Positions 9,831 to 21,945 of a stretch of DNA of 33,394 bases are shown in pieces; position 1 is the first letter of the stretch, and the number at the start of each line of letters is the position of its first letter. The stretch is from Octopus bimaculoides (lineage: Eukaryota), in contig NC_068989.1 in NCBI RefSeq assembly GCF_001194135.2, forward strand, positions 63,972,042 to 64,005,435. Reading direction: 5' to 3'. Under the pieces are notes generated by a model. It had not been told where the DNA came from. It made no database searches and saw only the letters and a list, made by a program, of their open reading frames with translations. The position numbers and the translations under genes were made by a program.

Positions 9831-10266
9831 TTATCAAGAAATTAACCACTATATATTTTTTTTTTTCAATGTTTCAAAGGTCATTCCAACATAACTCGTT
9901 AGGCTCAGTGATTTGGTCGATAAAATTTTTCTAGCCGGCTAGAAATAGCAACCAAATCTTTTTCACACAACTCAGCTAGTGAAGGATGTCCTAGAAACAC
10001 TATGCCTGAAAAGTAGAGGGGATAGTCATTTATGGAACGCCAATGCTCGTAGGTTTGCCAAATCAGGGCTAAACAAAGACTAGTTAATCATAAACTGATC
10101 CAATCACTTACGGTGATCACCTACCCCTTGGTGTTAGTTCTCAGAACTAAATTATCTGAACAATTTGGACAGTGGGACAGCTTAAGTAGCGCCGGTGACA
10201 AAAGCTGATAGGCAATCTCTGAAGTAATAATAATGACAATTTTATTATTATTGTTTTACTACTCAG

Positions 10267-10365
10267 AGGGCTCGGCCTTGTTTGCTCTGGTTGGTTCTGT
10301 GAGAGCGGACAGCAGCCTGTTGTCACAGGTCTTACAGTGTCTCTTCCCGCACATTATAAGATTTG
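10267..10365 (+). other. Candidate 99-nt exon of an unidentified host gene
   Basis: Preceded by TTTTACTACTCAG, followed by GTAACT, more GC-rich than flanks, two open frames (GSALFALVGSVRADSSLLSQVLQCLFPHIIRF; GLGLVCSGWFCESGQQPVVTGLTVSLPAHYKI). No homologue recognised. Confidence 0.3.
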
Positions 10366-10423
10366 GTAACTGATTGTTAATTATCGTGGAAGACGTTCAA
10401 CACCCAGTTACCAATCTCAAAAT
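10353..10423. ncRNA. Pre-miRNA-like hairpin (candidate only)
   Basis: AGATTTGGTAACTGATTGTTAA pairs with TTCAACACCCAGTTACCAATCT. It folds better on the minus strand, where A-C mismatches become G-U. Confidence 0.3.
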
Positions 10424-10586
10424 CGTAGCTGTTTCCAGCGGAGCAGTTTTATAGGCCTGATCTACTCTCATGTCAATTCCGATTTCCCGAGTTTTGATGT
10501 CGTTGCTATAAAAATATAATTGCTATTCAGCCATGGGTCTTCTTCCTGAGACTATTAAAAATATTTTAATTAATTTTTTTATGCAT

Positions 10587-10982
10587 GCACAGGCGTAGTT
10601 TTGTGGTGAGAAGCTTGCTTCCCAACGACATGGCTCGGGTTCAATCTCACCTTGGGTGGGTGTCTTCTACTTTAGTCACGAGCCGAACAAGGTCTTGACA
10701 GAGGATTTGGTAGACGGAAACTGAAGAAGCCCGTCATGTATACGTATATATCCATGTGTGTGTGTGTATGTATGTGTTTGGTTTTGTACCCTACCACCGC
10801 TTGAAAAACGGTGTTGGTGTGATTACGTCCCTGTAACTTAACAGTTCGGCCTTGTAGTCCGATAGAATAAATACCAGGCTTAGACAAATAAGTCCTGGGG
10901 GTCGATTTGCTCGACTAAAATATTTCAGAGCGGTGCCCCAGCATGACCGCAGTCAAATGACTGAAACAATAAAAAAATAAAA
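10587..10982 (+). mobile_element. Full-length CORE-like SINE
   Basis: Colinear with the 3229 and 9445 copies, A-rich tail. Confidence 0.85.
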
Positions 10983-12532
10983 GGTGTTATAATTCTTAAA
11001 TTATTCATTGTATCTCATTGGATGATCATACTTGAAATCGTGTAGGCCTAATGCTTTCCCACGGAGTATTAAGCACGTTAATGGATTCAATCAACTAACA
11101 TTTTGTTCTGCTCGGTCATTTTGTTCACCGAAATTCATGTCCGATCTACTTAATTATACAGAACTAGTAAACTTTATCGCCAAACGTGAAGATACATAAA
11201 GTGAGTTTTGCATAAAAGATTACAAACTGTCAAAAATGACTCTGGCGTTCAAGTATCTATTATATTATCCTACTTCAGAAAAGGTCAACATTTAGAATAT
11301 GATGAGTGGCGAAGCTAGTTTCTTCACTTTCCTGAACAAATGATTTTAACACATCAGCGCACGATGTAAGTGTGTAATCGTTGGCCTGACTATAACATAA
11401 CGTAGGCGATTGTAACATTAACAAGCCGTAGTTAGGCCAATAATATACGTTGATTTGATATTGCCCTTGCTTGAACTCGTGTTTTTAACAATGCAACCAA
11501 CCCTACGTCTGATTTACTGCCAAAAACGTTTTTGCGCATAAACACACGCATGCACACACANNNNNNNNNNNNNNNNNNNNNNNNNNNNNNNNNNNNNNNN
11601 NNNNNNNNNNNNNNNNNNNNNNNNNNNNNNNNNNNNNNNNNNNNNNNNNNNNNNNNNNNNNNNNNNNNNNNNNNNNNNNNNNNNNNNNNNNNNNNNNNNN
11701 NNNNNNNNNNNNNNNNNNNNNNNNNNNNNNNNNNNNNNNNNNNNNNNNNNNNNNNNNNNNNNNNNNNNNNNNNNNNNNNNNNNNNNNNNNNNNNNNNNAT
11801 AGGTATATATACATATATATACATACATGCATACTTACATATATATATATATGTATTCATATATTTATGTATGTCTAAGTATGATTATATATATGTGCGT
11901 GTGTGTGTTTGTATTTGTATGTTAATAACAATATTTCTTTGTGTGTGAGGGAGAGAGGAGGGAGAGAGTATGTACGTATTAATGAAATAAAAAACACCAT
12001 TTGACCCAATACCTGAGATGAAAAATCGTTGTCTGCATCTTCTATGGCGAAAAAAAGGTTACCAGCAAATTAAGACATAAAAACGGTATGGCATCGTATC
12101 CAATAAAAAAGTATTTCTGTTTCCAATACTTCTGAATTCTAATATTAGAATTTTTTAAAGAATTTCTATTGTTTCTTCAGACACTTATCTTTTATGTAAT
12201 ATAATGATGCTATTTCTAGTACATAACCTTTGCAATATAATATGTGTGTGTTTGTGACTCTGTGTATGTGGGGGGTGTATTTGTGTGTGTGTGTGTGTGA
12301 GCGAGAGTGCTTGTGGCTGTGTGTTCGCGTGTGTGTGTGTGTGTGTAAGTTTTGAGGATTTGAATATGTTAGTATTAAGTGTATGCTTTATATGTCTGTG
12401 TGTTTGTGTGTTGTTAGATATATATTCATTTCTGTAAATATATATGTGTGTGCGTGTATGTGTGTTTGTGCGTATATACCCACGTCTATACTATGCTTCC
12501 ACTAGCATCTTCCCACCCGTTATATATAATAT

Positions 12533-12599
<67 letters not shown>

Positions 12600-12866
12600 N
12601 NNNNNNNNNNNNNNNNNNNNNNNNNNNNNNNNNNNNNNNNNNNNNNNNNNNNNNNNNNNNNNNNNNNNNNNNNNNNNNNNNNNNNNNNNNNNNNNNNNNN
12701 NNNNNNNNNNNNNNNNNNNNNNNNNNNNNNNNNNNNNNNNNNNNNNNNNNNNNNNNNNNNNNNNNNNNTATATATATATATATATATATATATATGCATA
12801 AAGAGAGAGAGAGAACGAGAAAGAGAGTTGGAGAGAACGTGAGAGAAACAGAGAGAAAGATTCATA

Positions 12867-13927
12867 TACGACTGTGGGTTGAAAAGGCAGCTTATGAAGG
12901 AGAGATGCCAGAGCTGTGAAATCTTTCATGCATTAATTTCAGTCTTTCTTATTGTTTCTTTCCAGCTAAACTGACATCTGACTGTTCAAAGATGACTTCA
13001 AAAGTAATTAGTAGCCACTTCTCTTGAAAACAGTCGAAATTTAAGAAAGTAGTGTTATCAAGTACCTGCAGAAAAACGGTTTAGCCTCCTAGGATATCTA
13101 TACTGAAACAATCGCTACATTAAGAGACGACACTCCAGTGGACAGCTGAATTTAGAAGAGTAAGAGAGAATCTTAAGTTCACTCGATGTCTAGACATCTT
13201 CCAACTGCCATCACCGAGGAAAACATTGACCGTGTTCATCACATTTTGGTGGATGACAGGCAATTGATAATAGATTAAATAGCCAATGCTATGAGTCACA
13301 TTTTCTCACACCTGATCAAAAGCGCAGCAGGCTGATCGAATACATCATTGGAAAATTTTACATTGTTTGAAGCAGATTCAGCTGGATTCCTTCAACGGTT
13401 ATTAACACAGAATGAGAAATAGGTACATCACTTTGAGTCAGAAACAAAGGGGCAATCTTTACAGTGGAAACAATCATCCTCCCCTACTACAAAAGAGGAA
13501 GCCAGGGTCGTCTCGTCTGTGCTTATCTTCAAAAGCGCCACACCATCAATGGGGAGTACGATGTCAAATTTCTGAGGCTGTTACGAAAGGCCATCAAGAC
13601 CAAACGTCCAGGAAAACTAATGAAAGGGGTCTTTTCATCAGGACAGTTCCCTAGTACACAAATCTTTGATTTCAATGGTTGCTATGTGTGACTGTATCTT
13701 TGAACTGGTTGATGACCCTTCCTATTCTCCTGGTTTAGCCTCATCTGATGATCATCTGTTTCCCAACATGAAAAAAAAAACACTTGGCTGGGAACCAATA
13801 TTGTAGTGACATCATATTTGCTGTCCATGACTTTTTTGAGAATCAGGATGAAAGCTTCTTCGCCAATAGGATCCAAGTCTTGAAACACCGACTCACGAAA
13901 TGAGTGGAACACAAGGCGGAATATGTG
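12867..13927 (+). mobile_element. Decayed DD34D mariner transposon
   Basis: VIKYLQK..AITEENIDRVHHIL..INGEYDVKFLRLLRKAIKTKRPGKLMKGV..FHQD(13642)..PSYSPGLASSD(13747)DHLFPNMK; D-D spacing 34; many indels. Left end TACGACTGTGGGTTGAAAAG is TIR-like; the right end is cut by a SINE. Confidence 0.85.
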
Positions 13928-14189
13928 TATATATATTATTTTATTCTTTTATTTGTTTCAGTCATTTGAGTGTTGCCATGCTGGAGCACCGCCTCTAGTC
14001 GAAAAAATCGACCCCCAGTACTTATTCTTTGTAAGGCTAGAACTTATTCTATCGGTCTCTTTTTCCGAACCGCTAATTTGCGGGGACGTAAACACACCAA
14101 CATCGGTTGTCAAGCGATGGTGGGTGGACAAACACAAACGCACAAACATATACATATACATACATACATACATACATACATACATACTG

Positions 14190-14378
14190 ACCGTTGACTG
14201 AACACTATTCAATTTTTTTTCTCCGTGTTTTTCTCCTTGTCTCCGTATTCTTTCTGTTGAAGAGCGTAGCTCGAAACGTCAAAGACTTTCCGTATTCCCG
14301 AGCGTCATACTAATATATACTTTTGTTATTTACACCACCTGTCCTCGTCTGTTGTTATTTTTTGTATATTCTCCCATA
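14190..14378 (+). mobile_element. Penelope-like element terminal-repeat fragment
   Basis: Contains CTGTTGAAGAGCGTAGCTCGAAACGTC, matching the CTGANGAAG..CGAAACGTC signature of PLE ends, plus pyrimidine-rich flanks. No PLE ORF is present. Confidence 0.55.
14249..14285 (+). ncRNA. Minimal type I hammerhead-ribozyme-like motif with A6U core change
   Basis: Stem I TCTTT/AAAGA; core CTGTTGA+A; stem II GAGC-GTA-GCTC; GAA; palindromic stem III ACGT; GTC cleavage triplet ending 14280. Confidence 0.5.
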
Positions 14379-14528
14379 TATATATATATATATACGACAG
14401 GCTTCTTTCAGTTTCCGTCTACCAAATCCACTCTTAATGCTATTGGTCGTGGAACTGAAACCGGTAGCATGTGGTTGGGAGACAAACCTCTTATCACGCA
14501 GACATGTGTGTGTGTGTGTGTGTATACA

Positions 14529-14564
<36 letters not shown>

Positions 14565-15082
14565 CATATATATACACACATATATATATATACATGTATA
14601 TAGAATGGACACACATGCCAGCATAAACACATGTCTGTGTGTGTGTGCGTTCGTGTGTTTCTATAGGCATTGTGTATCTACAACTACAAACACGTTGACA
14701 ATATTGATTAATAACACAATTATATCCTCAGCGTGATATAATCGTTATGTTACATTTATATTAGTTTAAAAAGAAAAATGGTAAAATACTTTGTAAGGCA
14801 ATGTTGATAACTAAAGTTGGAAGCGCTATACGATAGAACACTAACTTTTACATCAGAGTTGTTGAACAGAGCTGAACGTTCAGTGAATCTGTCTTATTTC
14901 GTTTCTTATAATATTACGTATCCTACCATTATTCCCAAATGGACAGCTATATATCGTTATTTTGTAATTCTCAGTATAATAAGTAGAGATTATAAGTAGA
15001 GATTTCATTTTACATATATATTCTTTTTGCTAGTTATATCAAATTCACCACCAAAATATCTGTCTTTCTATATGCATACATT

Positions 15083-15123
15083 CATCATCATCATCATCAT
15101 CACCATCATCATCATCAGCATCG

Positions 15124-15174
<51 letters not shown>

Positions 15175-15178
15175 CCAT
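15083..15178. repeat. (CAT)n microsatellite
   Basis: Direct reading. Confidence 0.95.
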
Positions 15179-15637
15179 TATGGTTATCATTGGCCACATC
15201 ACCAAAACTGTCATACTATCTGCTGCTGCTGTTAATGTTTCCGACTGCATAGAAAAGCACAGGTACTCACAAACAAGCGCACACGCACACACACACACAC
15301 ACACATGTTAAAATAAGAGTAAATTAAAGCTAAAGCCACTAAAGCACTATACTTAACGACTGACAAAAAGAGGTAATCCCTAGCCTACATAGCCGTGTCG
15401 CGATTTCGAATATTGATGTCACCCTCTACTCCATACTGTCTTCTTTCCTCCATCCTTCTCTAATTCCATCTTTCTTTTTCTCCCTCCTTCACTATTTCCT
15501 ATCTGCCTCTGTCTCACTCCATCTCTTTCTCTTTCTCTCTCTCGTTGCTCACACGTGACCATCGTCCATCTTTCTTTTTCTCGCGTAACAATCTTTCTTT
15601 TCCTATATGGACATTTGAACGAACGGACGTGTTTTTT

Positions 15638-15694
<57 letters not shown>
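15638..15694. repeat. (CT)n microsatellite
   Basis: Direct reading. Confidence 0.95.
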
Positions 15695-15697
<3 letters not shown>

Positions 15698-16378
15698 ATC
15701 TTTATTCTTTTCAAGAAAAAATGTTTCTCCTAGCATTAACTATTTTCCTCTCGTTATGGTCTAAGGACCTTCCATATTTGTTTACGTTCGGTTTCCTTTT
15801 ATGTCTCCATTGTCATTTGTTGTTCCCAACTTTAACCCTCCATAAATCCAAAATTTTATTTTAGAATTTATGGAAGCAGCTGTCTTTGATGATTCATATT
15901 GTCGTTCAATGCTCGAAATGAGCCGACAACTGATGAAGGGTTCTTTCTCTGTGTTAACTTGCTCTGTTTTCCATTTTCTTCTCGTTGTTTACGTATTTCA
16001 TGTTATTTGCACCGTTGGTGACGTCCTGCACCCATATATGCATATATACATATATATATATATANNNNNNNNNNNNNNNNNNNNNNNNNNNNNNNNNNNN
16101 NNNNNNNNNNNNNNNNNNNNNNNNNNNNNNNNNNNNNNNNNNNNNNATATATATCATTTATTATTTATATATATACATACGCACACATATACTTATATAC
16201 ATACATGTACACTGTATATATTTGTGCGTATGCCTATTGTATATTAAGGACTGTGCTTATGTAAAGTTACAGAGAAAATCAGTTGTACGTTACATTGAAG
16301 TGACGAATCACTCTATACATTTTAACAGCGCATAACCGAAACGTTTATTATCAACCTTTTCTGCCAAATAAATATACG

Positions 16379-16380
<2 letters not shown>

Positions 16381-16409
<29 letters not shown>

Positions 16410-16480
16410 TCATACAAACATACATACATACATACATACATACATACATACATACATACATACATACATACATACATACA
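16381..16480. repeat. (TACA)n microsatellite
   Basis: Direct reading. Confidence 0.95.
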
Positions 16481-17391
16481 AAAGTGAGTGAATGTGAAAT
16501 AATTGCTCAATAAACAAGTGTGGGTGAAAAGATAAGTAAATGACTTTTTGTTTTCCGGATTTTAGCCGCATGAGACTTATTATTAGAATTAATTGTTTAT
16601 AAACCATTCGTTCAACAAAAAACTTAAAAGGATATAACACTTTGTTTTGTTTTCTATTTCAGCTTTTAGTGTTTGTTTTCTTAATATACAGACACTAATT
16701 GCGCTCTTCATAAATTTTGTTGGCATTTATCTTGATTGTTACAACTAAGCAGCAAGATAGAGACACATAAATCTGTTTACCATATTTGATGACATCTATA
16801 GATACACACCTCACCTGGTTTTATAGTCTCCTTCATGAATTCGTGCAACATACAGTTTCGTTTTCATAGCTTTACCAAAAGGAAATACAAAATAACAAAG
16901 CGTCATGTATAGAATCTTAACTGCGTAGCTTGTTTCAGAGAACAGCATGATATTTAAAAGACAACAATTTTTTTTACATTCATTAAGCTATGCTTGCGCT
17001 ACATGTTCAAAGGTTCTTGGTGATCAGGTCGAATTCCTCATCTCTTTCATTTTAGTCATTATTTTATCGACATAAATTTGTCGAGCGGATGTGTTGAAGG
17101 AAAATAATCACAATATAAGGGAACATCGGTGTTTACCCGGTGAAAATTTAAACACACACAGACACGCACACACACACATTCACACAGCTACACACACACA
17201 CACACACATATAGTCTTTGTGTGCTGATATAGTCTTCACAACGTCATACCGAGATCAGTGCTGTGTTCCCCTTGGAATTTTGCGCTCTGAGTTCAAATCC
17301 TGCAGTGGTTTATTTTAATTTCCCATCATTTCGCGGTGAAGAAACAAAATACACTTTCTTTGATAACGGTGGCAATGCTTCTTTTTCTTCG

Positions 17392-17429
<38 letters not shown>

Positions 17430-17800
17430 NNNNNNNNNNNNNNNNNNNNNNNNNNNNNNNNNNNNNNNNNNNNNNNNNNNNNNNNNNNNNNNNNNNNNNN
17501 NNNNNNNNNNNNNNNNNNNNNNNNNNNNNNNNNNNNNNNNNNNNNNNNNNNNNNNNNNNNNNNNNNNNNNNNNNNNNNNNNNNNNNNNNNNNNNNNNNNN
17601 NNNNNNNNNNNNNNNNNNNNNNNNNNNNNNNNNNNNNNNNNNNNNNNNNNNNNNNNNNNNNNNNNNNNNNNNNNNNNNNNNNNNNNNNNNNNNNNNNNNN
17701 NNNNNNNNNNNNNNNNNNNNNNNNNNNNNNNNNNNNNNNNNNNNNNNNNNNNNNNNNNNNNNNNNNNNNNNNNNNNNNNNNNNNNNNNNNNNNNNNNNNN

Positions 17801-17834
<34 letters not shown>

Positions 17835-18159
17835 GCAAATAAGAATCAAAAGCAGCTCGAGGTATATATCAAAATCAAATACACATATACAAGATGTGTG
17901 TTGTTAATTCGTGGTTCGGTTCTGTTTTTAGACGTAAGAAAATATATTCTCAATCTCCCTTGTGTTAAAACACCTGAAAGCAAGCCATAAGCAACGAAAC
18001 AACTCACATTAGGATTCTTCTAGGAGAGAAAGTCATCGATGTTTCAGTAGTAGTAGTAGTAGTAGTAAATAGTAGTGGACTGTTATGTTTGAGAAAAAAT
18101 TCCCAATAATAATTTAGTTGATCGATGTTATTTTTTAAAAATAAAATGTATAGATTGAT

Positions 18160-18310
18160 AAAACGCAGTGAAGTGGCAGAAACGTTTTAGCACGGGGCTA
18201 AAAGTTTTTCAATGTTAAATTTCAGCGTTCTATACTTCAGTTCAAATATTATTGAACTTAACTTTCATTACCATCACACCAGTGGTCGATTAAATAAGTT
18301 CGAGGCATGT
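18160..18310 (+). mobile_element. Highly degenerate Meta-like SINE
   Basis: GCAGTGAAGTGGCAGAAACGTTTTAGCACG head, AGTTCAAAT, GGTCGATTAAATAAGT. Confidence 0.45.
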
Positions 18311-18867
18311 ACTTAAATCAATGCAATCGACTAAAATTCACAGATCTATGAATTTTCTCAATGTAATTAATATTGATATTTTTGTAACCTCTTAACCTCA
18401 ATATCAATATTCTCTTTTTGCGAAAAAAATGGAGGATGTAACGACTCGGCTCAAATACTGTAGCATTGGTATTTATTTTAACGATAACAAATATTTGGAA
18501 CACAAACTTGGCCCCAGGTGATTCTGAATTCCGAAATAAACACACCAATAAGAAATTATGTGAAGTATATAAGATCGTTTTAAACACAATACTACCCTCT
18601 CCACCCCCTCTACAAAGTAAAGTTGTGATTTTGAAAACAACACAATGTTATAGTATTGACTGATGTAAAATGTGGAAGACAAAATTCGTGTTAACCATGT
18701 TTGTCGGATAAATATAAATATTTTTTTTACAATACCATTGTCATTGTATATACATAGCTTATTTCGTTGAGAATATATGTTCATGGGTTAGCCAAAACTG
18801 GGAAATCAGCGTCAATGTGTATATTGTTGGTCTTGTGAGGAATGAAAGGAAAATTTTGAAACACTCA

Positions 18868-19916
18868 AACCACGCCTCCCAAACCGATGCCTATATCAAC
18901 AGAACATGGGGAGAGGGGTCCGCAAGTGATCGCACAGTACGAAGGTGGTTTCAGAAATTCCATAGCGGTGATGCGAACCTTGAGGATAATGAAGGTAGAG
19001 CACGGTCATATAGTCTTGACAATGAATAATTGAAAGCGATTGTTGAAGAAAACCCACGTCAAAGTGTCAGAAAAACGTCTCAGGCACTTCGTGTCGTTAT
19101 TGCAACGGTGTCATGCAATCTTCAGAATATTGGTAAGGTGAAAAAGCTCGATAAATAGGTATCGCATCAGCTCAATGAAAATCAAATGTTCGGCGTTTTG
19201 AAGTGTGGTCGATGTTCTTTCTGCGAAACACCAATGATCCTTTTTCTTGACCGAATAGTCACTTATGACGAAAAGTGGATTCTTTATGATAACTTTAAAC
19301 GATCATGTCAATGGCTTGATCGTGATGAGTCCACCAAACATTTCTCAAAGCCAAAGTTGCACCAGCAAAAGATTATGATGACTGTCTGGTAGTCTGCAAT
19401 TGATGTTGTCCATTACAGCTTTCTGGAAGTCAATCAGAGCATTACAGCAGAGCTTTACAGCAATCACCTCACTGAAATGCATGGTCACTTGCAAAAAATG
19501 AGACCTGCATTGGTGAATCGGCGTGGCTCAATTCTACTCCACGATATTGCAAAGCCACATGTTGCAAGAATGACGCTGTAGAAACTCACAGACTTAGAAT
19601 ACGAGACTTTACCACATCCTCCATATTCTCCCGATCTTTCACCCACTGACTACCATTTTCTAAAGCATTTGAGCACGTTGTTAAGTGATAAAATGTTTAG
19701 GTCCAAACCAGAGGTGGAATCAGCTTTCAAAGATTTCTTAGCAACAAAGCCAATAACTTTTTATCAACAATGCATAAATAATCTCGTTGATCGATGGCAG
19801 AGATGCATACATGTTCACGGTTCATACTTTGACTAATCAAAACATTTCCATTGTCAATTTTTCCTGAATAAAATTATGTTTCTGAAATCGGCCATTATTT
19901 TCGGAACAACCAAATA
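18868..19916 (+). mobile_element. Near-complete DD34D mariner pseudogene, Hsmar1/cecropia-like, with right TIR
   Basis: RTVRRWFQKF..FLDRIVTYD(19267)EKWILYDN..ILLHD(19543)IAKPH..HPPYSPDLSPTD(19648)YHFLKHL..YFD* (stop 19834-36), with several premature stops. Right TIR CGGCCATTATTTTCGGAACAACCAAA then TA at 19915-16; left TIR not found. Confidence 0.92.
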
Positions 19917-21626
19917 CATGAAATTTTCTACTTAAGTTCTCCAAATACACGACTTGAAGATTGATTTATAGACACCAGATTGATTCCAATATAGCATCCA
20001 GGTATATCACAATTAATAACTTTAATGGTCACTAAGGAATTTTTTTTAAATGGTTGAAGGGAATAGGGGCTCATAACACTTAATCGGATGGTTGATCGTT
20101 CGTATCAACATAATACCTCCGCTTCTACGTCTTATGTGTACCCAGAGCACTTAATTGCTAACGACTGACTAAGTAAGTAAAGTCAATCGTTAATAAGTAG
20201 GTATTGCCTAGGAATACAATTCACCACTGTTAGCAGGAGATATTTATTCAAATTATTCTACAACAAAAGCTACACACCAAAATCTACTTTTTAATATCAC
20301 AAAAGAGTTGTCTAGTATCAACTTAACATTATAAAGACAGAACTAAGTATAAGACATGCGAATAATTTTGACTCAGAAAAGGGACATCTTTTATTCTTAA
20401 TAACTACATTTAAAATATAAAAAACAATGATGGTGCAACTTCGATGATGTGGTTTAATTCACTACAATTAATTGCTAATTCCTTTCAAATCGCGGGTTAA
20501 GTTCTGAGGAGAATGGAACATTTCAGTGGATGCTGTAGTTTTAGATATATGAAGTAGATGGCAAGACGTCTTTGATTTTGAAGTCTGGTAATGTGAAGTC
20601 GGCCTAAGACTAAACAATAAAAACAACAATAAAGACAATCCTTATGTCAGAAACTAATGTGAGTTTATATAAGATAGTTGTATATGTAAGTTTCCCCGTG
20701 TACAGGCCAAATTATTAGCCATGGATCCTTAGTTTCTTGATGGAGGAATAATATAGACCACCGTAGTTACATGCATTGCCTTAAGCCTTTTCGACCGAAA
20801 GGTATCCAGCCCTCTCCATGTTTCACCGCAACTAATTTCTTCCAATTTCCATGAATAGGAGGCCCATGGAAATATCCATAAACTCTATAAAGATCGATAT
20901 TTATTACCAACTCAAGTATTTGATGTGTCATAATTTCAATTTTAATTACAAGTATTTTCTTTTATTTATTCTCGTTTGTCATTGTATTATATTCAAATAT
21001 ATTAATGTTTGCTTTATAATTCAAAAATAGATACATAGTACGATATATTACATCGTAATTCCAAGATTATCAGAAATGGATATTATTGCTTAGAGAGAAC
21101 CCAAGAAAAGATTAAATGTCAGTAAGGTAACCCTCTTTCTATGGCTTCGTCCTTGCAAAATATGACAAATTGAAAATGAAGTTAATAAAGACAAAAATAT
21201 CCAGATTACTAAAAATAAGCTCTGCATAAATATATGTTTCTTGTCGCATGTTTGATACAGCATATTATGTGTATGCAACAGCCCAAATGTGTATGCAACA
21301 GCCCAAATATATAAGCTGGATTTCAATAACGATGACGTCAATTTATTTCATTTACATTGCTATTTTTCCCAATGCACTATTAATAGAGAACGAGTAGTAC
21401 TGCATAAAGAATGACACAGACTCGGTTTTGAATGAATATTCTCGTGTAGGCAAAATTTCATGTTTATAGTCAATACGGAGACAGTGTTTTATTGTTACAT
21501 TCAGACATTCCTGTAGGATACCATTGTAAGTGAAAATAATTAAACTATTAAAACACTGTATTCTCCTTGCTATTTACCAAACTGCTGAAACCTTATTTAG
21601 TCACGTTCCATACATGAATATACTTT

Positions 21627-21629
<3 letters not shown>

Positions 21630-21719
<90 letters not shown>
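21630..21719. repeat. (AC)n(AT)n microsatellite
   Basis: Direct reading. Confidence 0.95.
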
Positions 21720-21905
21720 CGTTTATTTATTTAAACATACAATTATATAGAGGGAGATGGATAAATGCATACATAGATATGTATATATAAAAATATACGT
21801 ATATAAATCTGTGTATATATACGAGGCATGATTTAATAAGGTTACATATATATTGTTTTTTATATATACATATACGCATATATGTATGCATATGTGTATG
21901 TATGT

Positions 21906-21945
<40 letters not shown>

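Larger units (their letters stand above)
13936..14500 (-). mobile_element. CORE-like SINE split in its central microsatellite by a foreign insert
   Basis: 3' half at 13936-14150 (TTTCAGTCATTTG..GCCATGCTGGAGCACCGCC) and internally deleted 5' half at ~14395-14500 (GGCTTCTTTCAGTTTCCGTCTACCAAATCCACTC). Confidence 0.8.

Noticed and set aside
11279-11365. 87-nt AG/GTAAGT-bounded segment
   Set aside because: All three frames contain stops and there is no other support; at best a UTR exon.
15911-15945. CTGATGAAGGG at 15930-15940 with an upstream CGAAA, a possible second hammerhead
   Set aside because: No closing CCCGAAAC downstream and no stem III/stem I pairing in the permuted arrangement. At most an unclassified repeat remnant.
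20159-20192. 12-bp inverted repeat TAACGACTGACT/AGTCAATCGTTA
   Set aside because: Too short for a pre-miRNA and no TSD. Similar short AT-rich hairpins (e.g. ~26790-26820, 11381-11440) are expected by chance.
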